Below, in pieces: positions 1 through 7,809 of a stretch of DNA of 63,174 nucleotides; the first letter of the stretch is position 1, and each line of letters begins with the position of its first letter. Source of the DNA: a virus (taxonomy: Duplodnaviria; Caudoviricetes); the IMG/VR virus record IMGVR_UViG_3300018405_000018, positions 1 through 63,174 of that record, one strand, 5' to 3'. The notes under the pieces are model-generated. The model did not search any database, had not been told where the DNA came from, and saw only the letters and a list, made by a program, of their open reading frames with translations. The position numbers were made by a program, and so were the translations under genes.

Positions 1-533
1 CCACCCCCGCCACCGCCCCCGCCACCAATGACAGATTGGTTGTTGATTGCGATTGCGTAATTGATTGCCATTGCCGGGCCACCGTTTGCACCAGCGGTTG
101 CCCTTCCAGCATTTGCTGTTCCGCTATCTCCGTTTGCGCCATTACCGCCGTTGCCACCTTTACCAACAATCCAGCCGAGGTTCGTCAGCGTTACAGTAGA
201 GCCGTTGGGGAAGTTCCCTGTCGTCAGAGCGGGTTGGTTTGTTAGTGTAGAGCCAACAATGGTTCCAGTATTGACTGTCACATTGACGTTAACAACCGAC
301 AAACCGTCCCAACCAGCAGCAATAGCTGCGTTGCGAATGTTGTAGTTGGTTGTGTTAGCAGATATCACCAAGTTGTATGTTGGTGTTGGTGGGATTGGGT
401 CAAACACCAACCGCCACGTACCGCCGTCCTTGACATACACTTTCTTGATGTCCCGCCAGACACCAGCGTCTTTGACAAATAGTTTGTCAACCAACCGTTG
501 AGTGCCCGCGTCTTTAATGTATGTTTTTGCCAT
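1..533 (-). CDS. gp38-like glycine-rich tail fibre adhesin (3' end truncated by window)
   Basis: Absent from the ORF track because it has no stop in the window. Manual translation from ATG 533: MAKTYIKDAGTQRLVDKLFVKDAGVWRDIKKVYVKDGGTWRLVF...LTNLGWIVGKGGNGGNG...GGPAMAINYAIAINNQSVIGGGGGGGG. The Gly-rich motifs resemble T-even gp38 adhesins, and the gene directly follows a gp37-like fibre. Confidence 0.75.
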   Translation of the reverse strand, partial: MAKTYIKDAGTQRLVDKLFVKDAGVWRDIKKVYVKDGGTWRLVFDPIPPTPTYNLVISANTTNYNIRNAAIAAGWDGLSVVNVNVTVNTGTIVGSTLTNQPALTTGNFPNGSTVTLTNLGWIVGKGGNGGNGANGDSGTANAGRATAGANGGPAMAINYAIAINNQSVIGGGGGGGG

Positions 534-539
534 CTGTTA

Positions 540-2450
540 TTACGCCACGTATTGGTAAATGATATCACCGTTATTGCCAGTTGCGTTGGATGGAACACCA
601 GCGGTTGTTGGCTGGACCGTCTTTGCGCCCTGCGAGTTCTGTCCTGATGTTTGGATTGCTGTTTGGACAAACGCTGTTGTTGCGATACTGACGTCGTTGT
701 CACCTACTGCTGGTGTTGGAGCGGTTGGGTTGCCTGTGAATGCCGGTGATGCAAGGTTTGCTCTTGTCGAAACTGCGTTCGTAACAAACGCAGTTGTTGC
801 CAGTTGAGTCGTGTTCATTCCTGCAGCCGCAGTTGGTGCTGTTGGAGTTCCGCTGAACGCAGGTGACGTCAGATCAGCTTTTGTTGACACAGCATTCGTG
901 ACAAACGCGGTTGTTGCTAGTTGAGTTGTGTTTGTTCCAGCAGCTGCGGTTGGTGCTGATGGTGTTCCAGAAAACGTTGGCGATAGTGTAGGGGCAGCGC
1001 CGACAGTAGTCACATCGCTCAACGTCAGCGATACAGCGCCTGTACGGCCGTTAAACGAAGCCACAACGTTAGCAGATGTCACAAAGTTGTTTGGGTTTGT
1101 GGTTCCGTTATATGGCGTATAACCAAGCGCTGCTGTAACGTCTGCTTGCGATAAAGTAACAGCACCAGTCCGTGCATTAAATGACGTAACGGGTGATGCC
1201 CACAGAGTGGATGTACCGTTTGTTGTCAGATAACGACCTGCTTGACCAGCTTGCGAGGCAACCTCAGGTGCTTGAGCCAATACATTGTTTGCAATGCCAC
1301 GCCAGTTTGTAAACAAAGCCTGCGATGAACTGATTGCTATCATCACTGGTTTGCTGATTGACCCGATTGATGACGGCTGCGTTTGAATGAATGCGCCTGG
1401 TGTAACGTCAGACAGGAAGTAGGATGATCCTGGGACGAGTCCTGAAAGACCAATGACAACACCTTGAGTCGTGATCACAAACGAATCTGCTGATATAACA
1501 TCACTGACAATACCAATCACTTCCGCGTTCGTTGCGTTGTTTGCTTGTGAGCGAACATATCTCTGAACGCCTGCGGATCCACCATGACGCACAAGAGTGC
1601 CGAGCGTAAAACCGTGTGCAACTTGGCTCACAGAGATTGACGAGTTGGATCCGCCACCTCCACCACCTCCACCGCCTATTCCCCAGAAAGCGTTACCGTC
1701 CGCACCAGACATTAGTACACGACCGACTGTTGACGGCGATTGTGCTGGCAACATATCGTCAATGTCGTTGAACGGGATTGCGTTAGCGATACCGCGCCAG
1801 TTGTAGAAGAACCCGCGTGGTCGTGCTGTGCCTGAAACAGCTGTTGAGTTAATCGCCATCATCAACGGTTTGCTTATGAACCCTGCTTCCGTAGGTTCCA
1901 CATCAGTCATTAACCCCGCTGTTGTTGCTGACAAATAGTATGTCCTGCCTGGCACGAATGCGGTCGAAGGCATTGCGTCGAACACAATGTAACCGTTTGT
2001 TGTTAGAGTGAATCTGTTTGCATCCAAGACTGCAGTAACAACACCGATCACGTCTGCGGTTGCTACAGAGTTTGCTTGAGCGCGGCGGTATGTTGTTCCG
2101 TCGTGGTAGAGAACCGTACCTTGTGTGAACCCGTGTCCGTTCTGCACGATATCAATCGCTGCAGCAGACACAACACTAGGTGTGGACCACTGAACGTTCG
2201 TTCCGTCTGTTGTCAGAAACTTTCCTTGCTGGTTTGTCTGACTCGGGAACGGATTTGCACCAACCTCTACGATTACAGGCGTGAGTGGAGAACCAGTGGT
2301 TGTGTTGACTGGCGTTCTTTTCAGGAAAAGTTTACCGTCAACGGTGTTAATCGCCAGTTCGCCGTCATCGAGCATTGCTGCTGTCGGACGCTTACCAATG
2401 GCAGACAGACCAGTTTGTGATTGTCTTTTTAGTTTGATTTTTTGTGGCAT
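540..2450 (-). CDS. gp37-like long tail fibre subunit
   Basis: N-terminal KLKR...RPTAAMLDDGELAINTVDGKLFLK resembles the T4 gp37 N-terminus. Contains two AQAN..A.VIG.V...YYLS domains, VTSFNARTGAV repeats and three SP.F.G.P.APT..ATTAFV fibre repeats. Confidence 0.8.
   Translation of the reverse strand: MPQKIKLKRQSQTGLSAIGKRPTAAMLDDGELAINTVDGKLFLKRTPVNTTTGSPLTPVIVEVGANPFPSQTNQQGKFLTTDGTNVQWSTPSVVSAAAIDIVQNGHGFTQGTVLYHDGTTYRRAQANSVATADVIGVVTAVLDANRFTLTTNGYIVFDAMPSTAFVPGRTYYLSATTAGLMTDVEPTEAGFISKPLMMAINSTAVSGTARPRGFFYNWRGIANAIPFNDIDDMLPAQSPSTVGRVLMSGADGNAFWGIGGGGGGGGGSNSSISVSQVAHGFTLGTLVRHGGSAGVQRYVRSQANNATNAEVIGIVSDVISADSFVITTQGVVIGLSGLVPGSSYFLSDVTPGAFIQTQPSSIGSISKPVMIAISSSQALFTNWRGIANNVLAQAPEVASQAGQAGRYLTTNGTSTLWASPVTSFNARTGAVTLSQADVTAALGYTPYNGTTNPNNFVTSANVVASFNGRTGAVSLTLSDVTTVGAAPTLSPTFSGTPSAPTAAAGTNTTQLATTAFVTNAVSTKADLTSPAFSGTPTAPTAAAGMNTTQLATTAFVTNAVSTRANLASPAFTGNPTAPTPAVGDNDVSIATTAFVQTAIQTSGQNSQGAKTVQPTTAGVPSNATGNNGDIIYQYVA
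665..1000 (-). repeat. Three ~40-aa tail fibre repeats (SP.F.G.P.APT...ATTAFV)
   Basis: Visible in the translation of 540..2450; one more copy in 4939..5790. Boundaries are approximate. Confidence 0.8.
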
Positions 2451-2486
2451 AGCGTGTGACCTATCATTATCCCGTGTTTCATAAAC

Positions 2487-2493
2487 TATTTAT
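2487..2493 (-). promoter_or_regulatory. T4-type late promoter (ATAAATA)
   Basis: cATAAATA upstream of the start at 2450. Confidence 0.7.
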
Positions 2494-2507
2494 GACTGCC
2501 ACTGGTG

Positions 2508-3905
2508 TTATTTCACTACAATACACATCACCAACTTCTCGTCAACGTTCTCGTTTGTTTCCAGCGCTGTAGCGAAAGACAAAGCTGTCCCAACAATCGC
2601 ACAGCCAGCACGGTCGCTAGAAACAAGTCGCTGACCTTTACGAACTGGACCGATCACACGGACAGGCACTTTGCCTGTCAGAGCAATAGCTTGGCCGTCT
2701 GATAGGTTGTTCATTAGATATGCTGGGTTTTCAGAGATTACACCAACAACATACTGATACACTTTCGTTGATTGAGTGCATTCGCTATCATCATTTTCGC
2801 CGACAACAATCACGGTGCCAACAGGATATTCAGCATCCGTTGTGTATTTTTCGGCCAAGTCAGCGTAGTTTGCGGACGTTGCACGTCCGTTGAACACGTT
2901 AGCGAATAAGTTTCCGCTAGCATCGCGTTGAGCAATCGTGTTTGGAGTTGCTGGCACCGAAGCCGCCGCACCACCCAACAACCGCGCGTTGGCCACGGTG
3001 GCGCCTGCGACAAACTCGGTTGTTGCGATTGTTGTATTTGATGTTCCTGCAGGCTGTGTTACAGCAGCTGAGCCTGTAGGCAGCTGTGACGACCACGTTG
3101 GCGCCGCGGTTGCTCCGTTGGACATTAAGAACTGGCCTGACGTGCCGAAACTTGTCGTTCCTGTCCCTACACCAAGTTGGCCAGCACTGCCAATGGTGAA
3201 TAGATGGCCGCCGGCGGCTGTTCTGAAGACGTGACCGGAAAAATCATAGTGCATCCATGCGTTGGAGTTTACAGTGCGCAGCTGCCCGTGCGGAACAGCA
3301 CCAGACAAAACATTTAGCGAGACTGCACTGTTAGCAACCGTTGGTGTCAATGTCAGAGATGCTGTCGTTCCGAGAATGTTCAGTGTTGTGTTGCCACTTG
3401 TATTTGTTAGGTGGACTGCACGAAGGCCGCCTAGGTACAAAGAAATAGGCAACTGAGTTCCTGTTCCACGAACATCGGAAACGATTCTCATCTCGCTGCC
3501 TTGAACGTTAGCAAAAGAGAACACAGAGCCATTACCGGTCGAAACTGAACCAACATCTTCAAGATGAAGGGCAGCCGCTGTAGAGTTTGTTGTTACAGCA
3601 CCGTTCGGCAAAATACCAATTTGTGTGCTAGCATTTGTTGTGCGTGTCTGGAACATCGTGCGGCTAGCAACAGTGGCATTGTTAAAGTCACCTCGGATCC
3701 GTGCTCCTGTTCCTGTTAGGTTGACGTTGCCGATTGTTAGAGCGTCCAACGCTGCTTGGGCAGTTGTTTGACCTGTACCGCCGCCAGCAATCGGAAGAAC
3801 TGTCCATTGTGTCCCCCCGCCAGTTGAGACTAGTGGTAGATTTTGCGTCCCACCATAATCGGGTAAAACATTTACTGGTGTAAATCTGGCGAAGGTTGTT
3901 GACAT
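2508..3905 (-). CDS. Tail fibre protein with C-terminal YADLAEKY (peptidase G2-like chaperone?) domain
   Basis: LPIAGGGTG.TTA fibre motif, Thr/Gly-rich shaft, C-terminal ATSANYADLAEKY...VGVISENPAYLMN...ALTGKVPVRV domain. Confidence 0.75.
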   Translation of the reverse strand: MSTTFARFTPVNVLPDYGGTQNLPLVSTGGGTQWTVLPIAGGGTGQTTAQAALDALTIGNVNLTGTGARIRGDFNNATVASRTMFQTRTTNASTQIGILPNGAVTTNSTAAALHLEDVGSVSTGNGSVFSFANVQGSEMRIVSDVRGTGTQLPISLYLGGLRAVHLTNTSGNTTLNILGTTASLTLTPTVANSAVSLNVLSGAVPHGQLRTVNSNAWMHYDFSGHVFRTAAGGHLFTIGSAGQLGVGTGTTSFGTSGQFLMSNGATAAPTWSSQLPTGSAAVTQPAGTSNTTIATTEFVAGATVANARLLGGAAASVPATPNTIAQRDASGNLFANVFNGRATSANYADLAEKYTTDAEYPVGTVIVVGENDDSECTQSTKVYQYVVGVISENPAYLMNNLSDGQAIALTGKVPVRVIGPVRKGQRLVSSDRAGCAIVGTALSFATALETNENVDEKLVMCIVVK

Positions 3906-3935
3906 TGTAAATTCCTCTATCTATTTTTGCTGCAA

Positions 3936-3942
3936 TATTTAT
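3936..3942 (-). promoter_or_regulatory. T4-type late promoter
   Basis: cATAAATA upstream of 3905. Confidence 0.7.
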
Positions 3943-3957
3943 GCTGGCTAACTTGCT

Positions 3958-4536
3958 TTAGATCCCCAAAGCGAACCACGCATATGCAAGTCCTGTCTGT
4001 TCTTGTGGTGCTCCAGTTGCTGTAATTCTCACAGAAGCAATCGTGACAGACGTCGTTGTGGCAGCACCTGTTGGTGCGTGGATTGTTGGTAACATTGGCC
4101 CTGTCCCCCATCCACCTGCACTGCGTTCATTTGCCATTACAACAAAGCACTGAGACGGGAATGCGATTGGGAATGTTACTGTTGATAGTCCGCCCGTGCT
4201 TGACGTTCCTGTCCCCCACTGAATCAACAGCCCGCTTGGCAGGCGTTGATGACCATTTGTTGTCAACGAGCGAGTAGCGAACTGATCAACCCACGAAGAA
4301 GACGTGCCGTTTGTCTGTAACACACGGTTTGCGTTGCCTGTTTGTGACGGCAGAATCGCGTTGAGCACTGTATTTGGTTGTGATTGACCTGGATTTGTGC
4401 CAATCATTGACAGCACTGTATTCCACGATGCAGTAACACCGTTAGAAACAAGTGCGCGGCCGTTTGTGGCTGTCGTTTGTGCTGGCAGTTCGCTGTCAAC
4501 GACGATGGGGCGAGAAGATTGGAATGACGTTGGCAT
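3958..4536 (-). CDS. Short tail fibre protein with LPSGLLIQWG C-terminal domain
   Basis: Start moved to ATG 4536 (MPTSFQ; AAGGA SD; avoids overlap with the upstream gene). C-terminal GHQRLPSGLLIQWG...FPIAFPSQC...WFALGI is a common tail fibre tip domain. Paralogue of 4939..5790. Confidence 0.75.
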   Translation of the reverse strand: MPTSFQSSRPIVVDSELPAQTTATNGRALVSNGVTASWNTVLSMIGTNPGQSQPNTVLNAILPSQTGNANRVLQTNGTSSSWVDQFATRSLTTNGHQRLPSGLLIQWGTGTSSTGGLSTVTFPIAFPSQCFVVMANERSAGGWGTGPMLPTIHAPTGAATTTSVTIASVRITATGAPQEQTGLAYAWFALGI

Positions 4537-4540
4537 GATG

Positions 4541-4927
4541 TTATCCTTGTAAAGCAGGCCAGTTGATTTCTGTTGGGAATCCTGGCTGTTTTGGCAAATC
4601 GCGAAGTGCTTTTCTGTATGTTTTCCAGTTTTCGGGAATCGGAGCGTTGATTTCACATGCTCTAACAACCACCCAGTCACTCTCTGCCAACAATCGGTTG
4701 CGTTGTTGGCGAGCAAACGAAGCAAGTTCCATCAAAGATGGCTGAGCAGCATCAATAACAATCGGTTCTCCCGTTGCAGGATCAGCAGAAAGCGTTTTCC
4801 CACGGTTGCTCAGTTCACGCATGATTTCTGCGTGTCGTGCTGGTGTAACATCAACAGCATCAAAAGGGATATCTGCGCTGAGAGCAGTGTCGTAAAAACT
4901 GTTCGTGGTTTGTGAATATTTGATCAT
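4541..4927 (-). CDS. Tail fibre assembly chaperone (Tfa-like)
   Basis: Start moved to ATG 4927 (MIKYSQTTNSFY). The motif RQQRNRLLAESDW...WKTYRKALRDLPKQPGFP.EINWP is typical of tail assembly chaperones. Confidence 0.85.
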   Translation of the reverse strand: MIKYSQTTNSFYDTALSADIPFDAVDVTPARHAEIMRELSNRGKTLSADPATGEPIVIDAAQPSLMELASFARQQRNRLLAESDWVVVRACEINAPIPENWKTYRKALRDLPKQPGFPTEINWPALQG

Positions 4928-4938
4928 TTGTCGTCCTT

Positions 4939-5790
4939 TTAAGCGCCAATAGCGATCCAGAATCCTGTGTTGTTGCCGGCAATATCGCCACACAGCAAAC
5001 GATATTGGAACCTGCTAACAGCCTCAGCAGACATGTCGGCAGTGTAGTTTCCTGTCGGATTTGCTGATGCGACAATAACAAAGCACGCGTTCGGGAAAGC
5101 GACGGGGAAGTTTTTAGCAACGTTGTCGTCAGGAGCATTGCCCCACTGAATGATTAAACCACCAGGCAAAACCTGATATCCGGATGACGTCAGAGACTGT
5201 TGCTGGAAGACGGTGGAGAATGTGTTTTGGACAAACGCTGTTGTAGCAAGCTGTGTTGTGCTATTACCTAACGCTGGCGTCGGTGCTGTTGGCGTACCTG
5301 TAAACGCAGGAGACGCAACAGGAGCATAGTTGTGGGCGTGGTTTGCTGCAGCTGCTCCAAGGTTAGTTAGAGCTTGTGCAGCGGTTGTAGCTCCTGTACC
5401 ACCATTGACGATCGCTGTCACACCAGTGATGTTTGTTGCCGTTGTGGCAGACGGAACGTTGGTGATTGTAACAGCGCCTGTAAACGTCTGTGTTCCAATC
5501 GTGATACTGGTTACAGCAGCGTTTTGTCCTGCGTCTTCAACCCACGACAAACTGCCTGCACCATCAGTAGACAGCACTCGGCCTGCTTGACCTAGTTGGT
5601 TTGGCAGAATTGCGTTGGCAACAGCAGCACCTGATGTTTGACCTGGACCAGGGCCGATCATGCTAAGAACTGTGTTCCAGCCCACTGAGGTACCGTTGGA
5701 AATCAATGCACGACCTGCAGTAGACGTGTTTTGTGTCGGCAGGGCGTTATCAATCGGGAGTGCTTGTAAGTTTGTAAATGCTGTGGTCAT
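4939..5790 (-). CDS. Short tail fibre protein with LPGGLIIQWG C-terminal domain
   Basis: NGGTGATTA motif, SPAFTGTPTAPT repeat, C-terminal GYQVLPGGLIIQWG...FPVAFPNAC...FWIAIGA. Confidence 0.8.
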   Translation of the reverse strand: MTTAFTNLQALPIDNALPTQNTSTAGRALISNGTSVGWNTVLSMIGPGPGQTSGAAVANAILPNQLGQAGRVLSTDGAGSLSWVEDAGQNAAVTSITIGTQTFTGAVTITNVPSATTATNITGVTAIVNGGTGATTAAQALTNLGAAAANHAHNYAPVASPAFTGTPTAPTPALGNSTTQLATTAFVQNTFSTVFQQQSLTSSGYQVLPGGLIIQWGNAPDDNVAKNFPVAFPNACFVIVASANPTGNYTADMSAEAVSRFQYRLLCGDIAGNNTGFWIAIGA

Positions 5791-5817
5791 TGTTGTGTCC
5801 GTCCGTTAACTTTGTTG

Positions 5818-5824
5818 TATTTAT
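5818..5824 (-). promoter_or_regulatory. T4-type late promoter
   Basis: gATAAATA upstream of 5790. Confidence 0.7.
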
Positions 5825-5827
5825 CGA

Positions 5828-7717
5828 TTACCGTTTTCCGACAAACACTTCAATCAGTCCAGCGTCGCCGTCAAAGTCTTCTAATGCAATTGCAACAACA
5901 GAGCCGATTACAGCGTGGGTGTCAGCAACAGCTGTTCCGTCACCATTGGAGACAAGAAAGTCGCCTTTGGTTACTTTACCAGTCACACGACAAGGAACGC
6001 GGCCAACGAGAGCGACAGCTACAACGTTTTCGCCTTCGCATTCGCTATTCATTAGATATGCTGGTTTGGTTGACACAATGCCGATTACTTTGAAGTCGTT
6101 TGGTGTGTTGGAAGCGGTTACTTCCTTTTCACCACCGATTCTGATCAATGTTCCAGGCTCATACGGCTGATCAGCAACATATTTTTCAGCCAAGTCAGCG
6201 TAACGAGCTGCTGTAGCTGTACCGTGAATAACACCACGTGGAACAATCACACCACCAGCAGCGTTCAGCTCAATCATGTCAGCAACATCGTTGTTCACAA
6301 ACAAACGAAGACGTTGAGCTTCACCGCCGTCGGCAGAGTAAGCGTCAATATAGCACTCATCGCCAAGACCACCAAATTGGTCATTTGGCCAGCTGATCCG
6401 ACGGCCTGCTTGTAGTCCGATTCCTGTACAGTTGCTGACAGAACCGTTTGTCAAGTTCGTGGCGTTCGTGGCGTTCTGAACGAATGTTGCACCGAGCGCT
6501 GTCGTCACGTCGGTTGCTGTTAGAGTGATTGCGCCTGTGCGGGTGTTGAATGAACTAACACCCGTAATAATTGTTTGCCAGCTCGGCGACGTGCCGTTAG
6601 TTGTCAGGAACTTGCCTGCATGTCCAGATTGGTTCGGTAGCACTGAAGCAGACGTTGCTGTTGCAACAGCAACTGGCAAGCCACGCTGGTTAAAGAACAC
6701 ACCTTCTGTAGACGACGTTGCAATGAACACCGGCTTGCTGATTGAAGATTGTGTTACAGGTTCAACGGTCGTCATCAGCCCTGCTGTTGAGTCGCTGAGG
6801 TAATACACAGCGCCTGGCATCAGGCCAGAAAGGCCGACAACCAAACCTTGTGTCGTTACTGTATACACTGTCGGCGATGCGTCCGAAATAATACCAAACA
6901 CCTGAGCGTTTGTTACGTTGTTGGCTTGAGCAAGAACATACGGTGATGCAGGGTTGCCCGTTGCACGAACAATCTGTCCACGTGTAAAACTGTTCGCCAT
7001 CTGAACTTCATCAGATGCGACGTATGCTGAGATCGACATCCAGCCAGCAGATACGCCATCAGACACCAACACATTACCAGAGTTGCCTGTTTGTGGCGGC
7101 AGAAGGTCATCAATTTCAATCTCCTGGGAAATCTCAACACCGCGCCAGTTGAAAAATAGGCCAAAGTTTGCACCGAGAGCAATAAACACAGGTTTACTGA
7201 TGTTACCTACAACGGTGGGTTCAACGGTTGTCATTGCACCCGGTGTTGTTGCTGATAGGAAGTATGCTGCACCCGGCGTCAGCGCTATGTTTGGGATATC
7301 AATGATACCGGACGTTGTCACTTCAATTGTGTTTGCGTCCGTTACCTCTGTGATGATACCAACAACGTCGGCTGTTGCATCAGATGCTGCAGAAGCAGGG
7401 ACATAAATTGATCCGTTGAACCGAACAATCGTTCCTACAGTCATTCCGTGGTTGGGTTGGCTTACGCGAGTTGCTGTACCACCTGAATCTGACCAAGATA
7501 CCTGCGAGCCATCCGTTTTAAGGAACATCCCTGCTTTATCCGATTGGTCCGGAAACGGATCACGTGTTACATCGATGATTGATTGCATGCCATTATCACG
7601 CTTGATGTACATTTTACCATCGTGTGTATTGATTGCGATTTCACCAAGTTGCAACTGTGCAACTGTGGGGATTTTGCCAGGCGTAGCGGAACGCTTAGAA
7701 AGAATTGTTTGTGACAT
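5828..7717 (-). CDS. Second gp37-like tail fibre subunit, with C-terminal YADLAEKY domain
   Basis: Start moved to ATG 7717 (GGAG SD). N-terminal SKRSATPGKIPTVAQLQLGEIAINTHDGKMYIK. Same two-domain layout as 540..2450 but a different C-terminus, ATAARYADLAEKY. Confidence 0.8.
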   Translation of the reverse strand: MSQTILSKRSATPGKIPTVAQLQLGEIAINTHDGKMYIKRDNGMQSIIDVTRDPFPDQSDKAGMFLKTDGSQVSWSDSGGTATRVSQPNHGMTVGTIVRFNGSIYVPASAASDATADVVGIITEVTDANTIEVTTSGIIDIPNIALTPGAAYFLSATTPGAMTTVEPTVVGNISKPVFIALGANFGLFFNWRGVEISQEIEIDDLLPPQTGNSGNVLVSDGVSAGWMSISAYVASDEVQMANSFTRGQIVRATGNPASPYVLAQANNVTNAQVFGIISDASPTVYTVTTQGLVVGLSGLMPGAVYYLSDSTAGLMTTVEPVTQSSISKPVFIATSSTEGVFFNQRGLPVAVATATSASVLPNQSGHAGKFLTTNGTSPSWQTIITGVSSFNTRTGAITLTATDVTTALGATFVQNATNATNLTNGSVSNCTGIGLQAGRRISWPNDQFGGLGDECYIDAYSADGGEAQRLRLFVNNDVADMIELNAAGGVIVPRGVIHGTATAARYADLAEKYVADQPYEPGTLIRIGGEKEVTASNTPNDFKVIGIVSTKPAYLMNSECEGENVVAVALVGRVPCRVTGKVTKGDFLVSNGDGTAVADTHAVIGSVVAIALEDFDGDAGLIEVFVGKR

Positions 7718-7795
7718 AAAGTTCTCCGTGCTTTTGGAGAACACGTTGTGGTATATACCACGCTGTGTTCTAAAGGATATCTATCCTTGATTTAT

Positions 7796-7802
7796 TATTT
7801 AT
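7796..7802 (-). promoter_or_regulatory. T4-type late promoter ahead of a structured ~80-nt leader
   Basis: aATAAATA upstream of 7717. Confidence 0.6.
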
Positions 7803-7809
7803 TGTTAGG

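Noticed and set aside
365-703. 112-aa minus-strand ORF spanning the fibre/adhesin junction
   Set aside because: It overlaps two better-supported genes in another frame and has no recognisable motif.
4537-4725. Long N-terminal extensions in the ORF track (also at 4993, 7744, 16052, 21707, 44304, 44987, 53432, 57113, 58257)
   Set aside because: They overlap upstream genes, terminators or promoters, or lack an SD. Downstream ATGs fit SD, promoter position and paralogue N-termini better.
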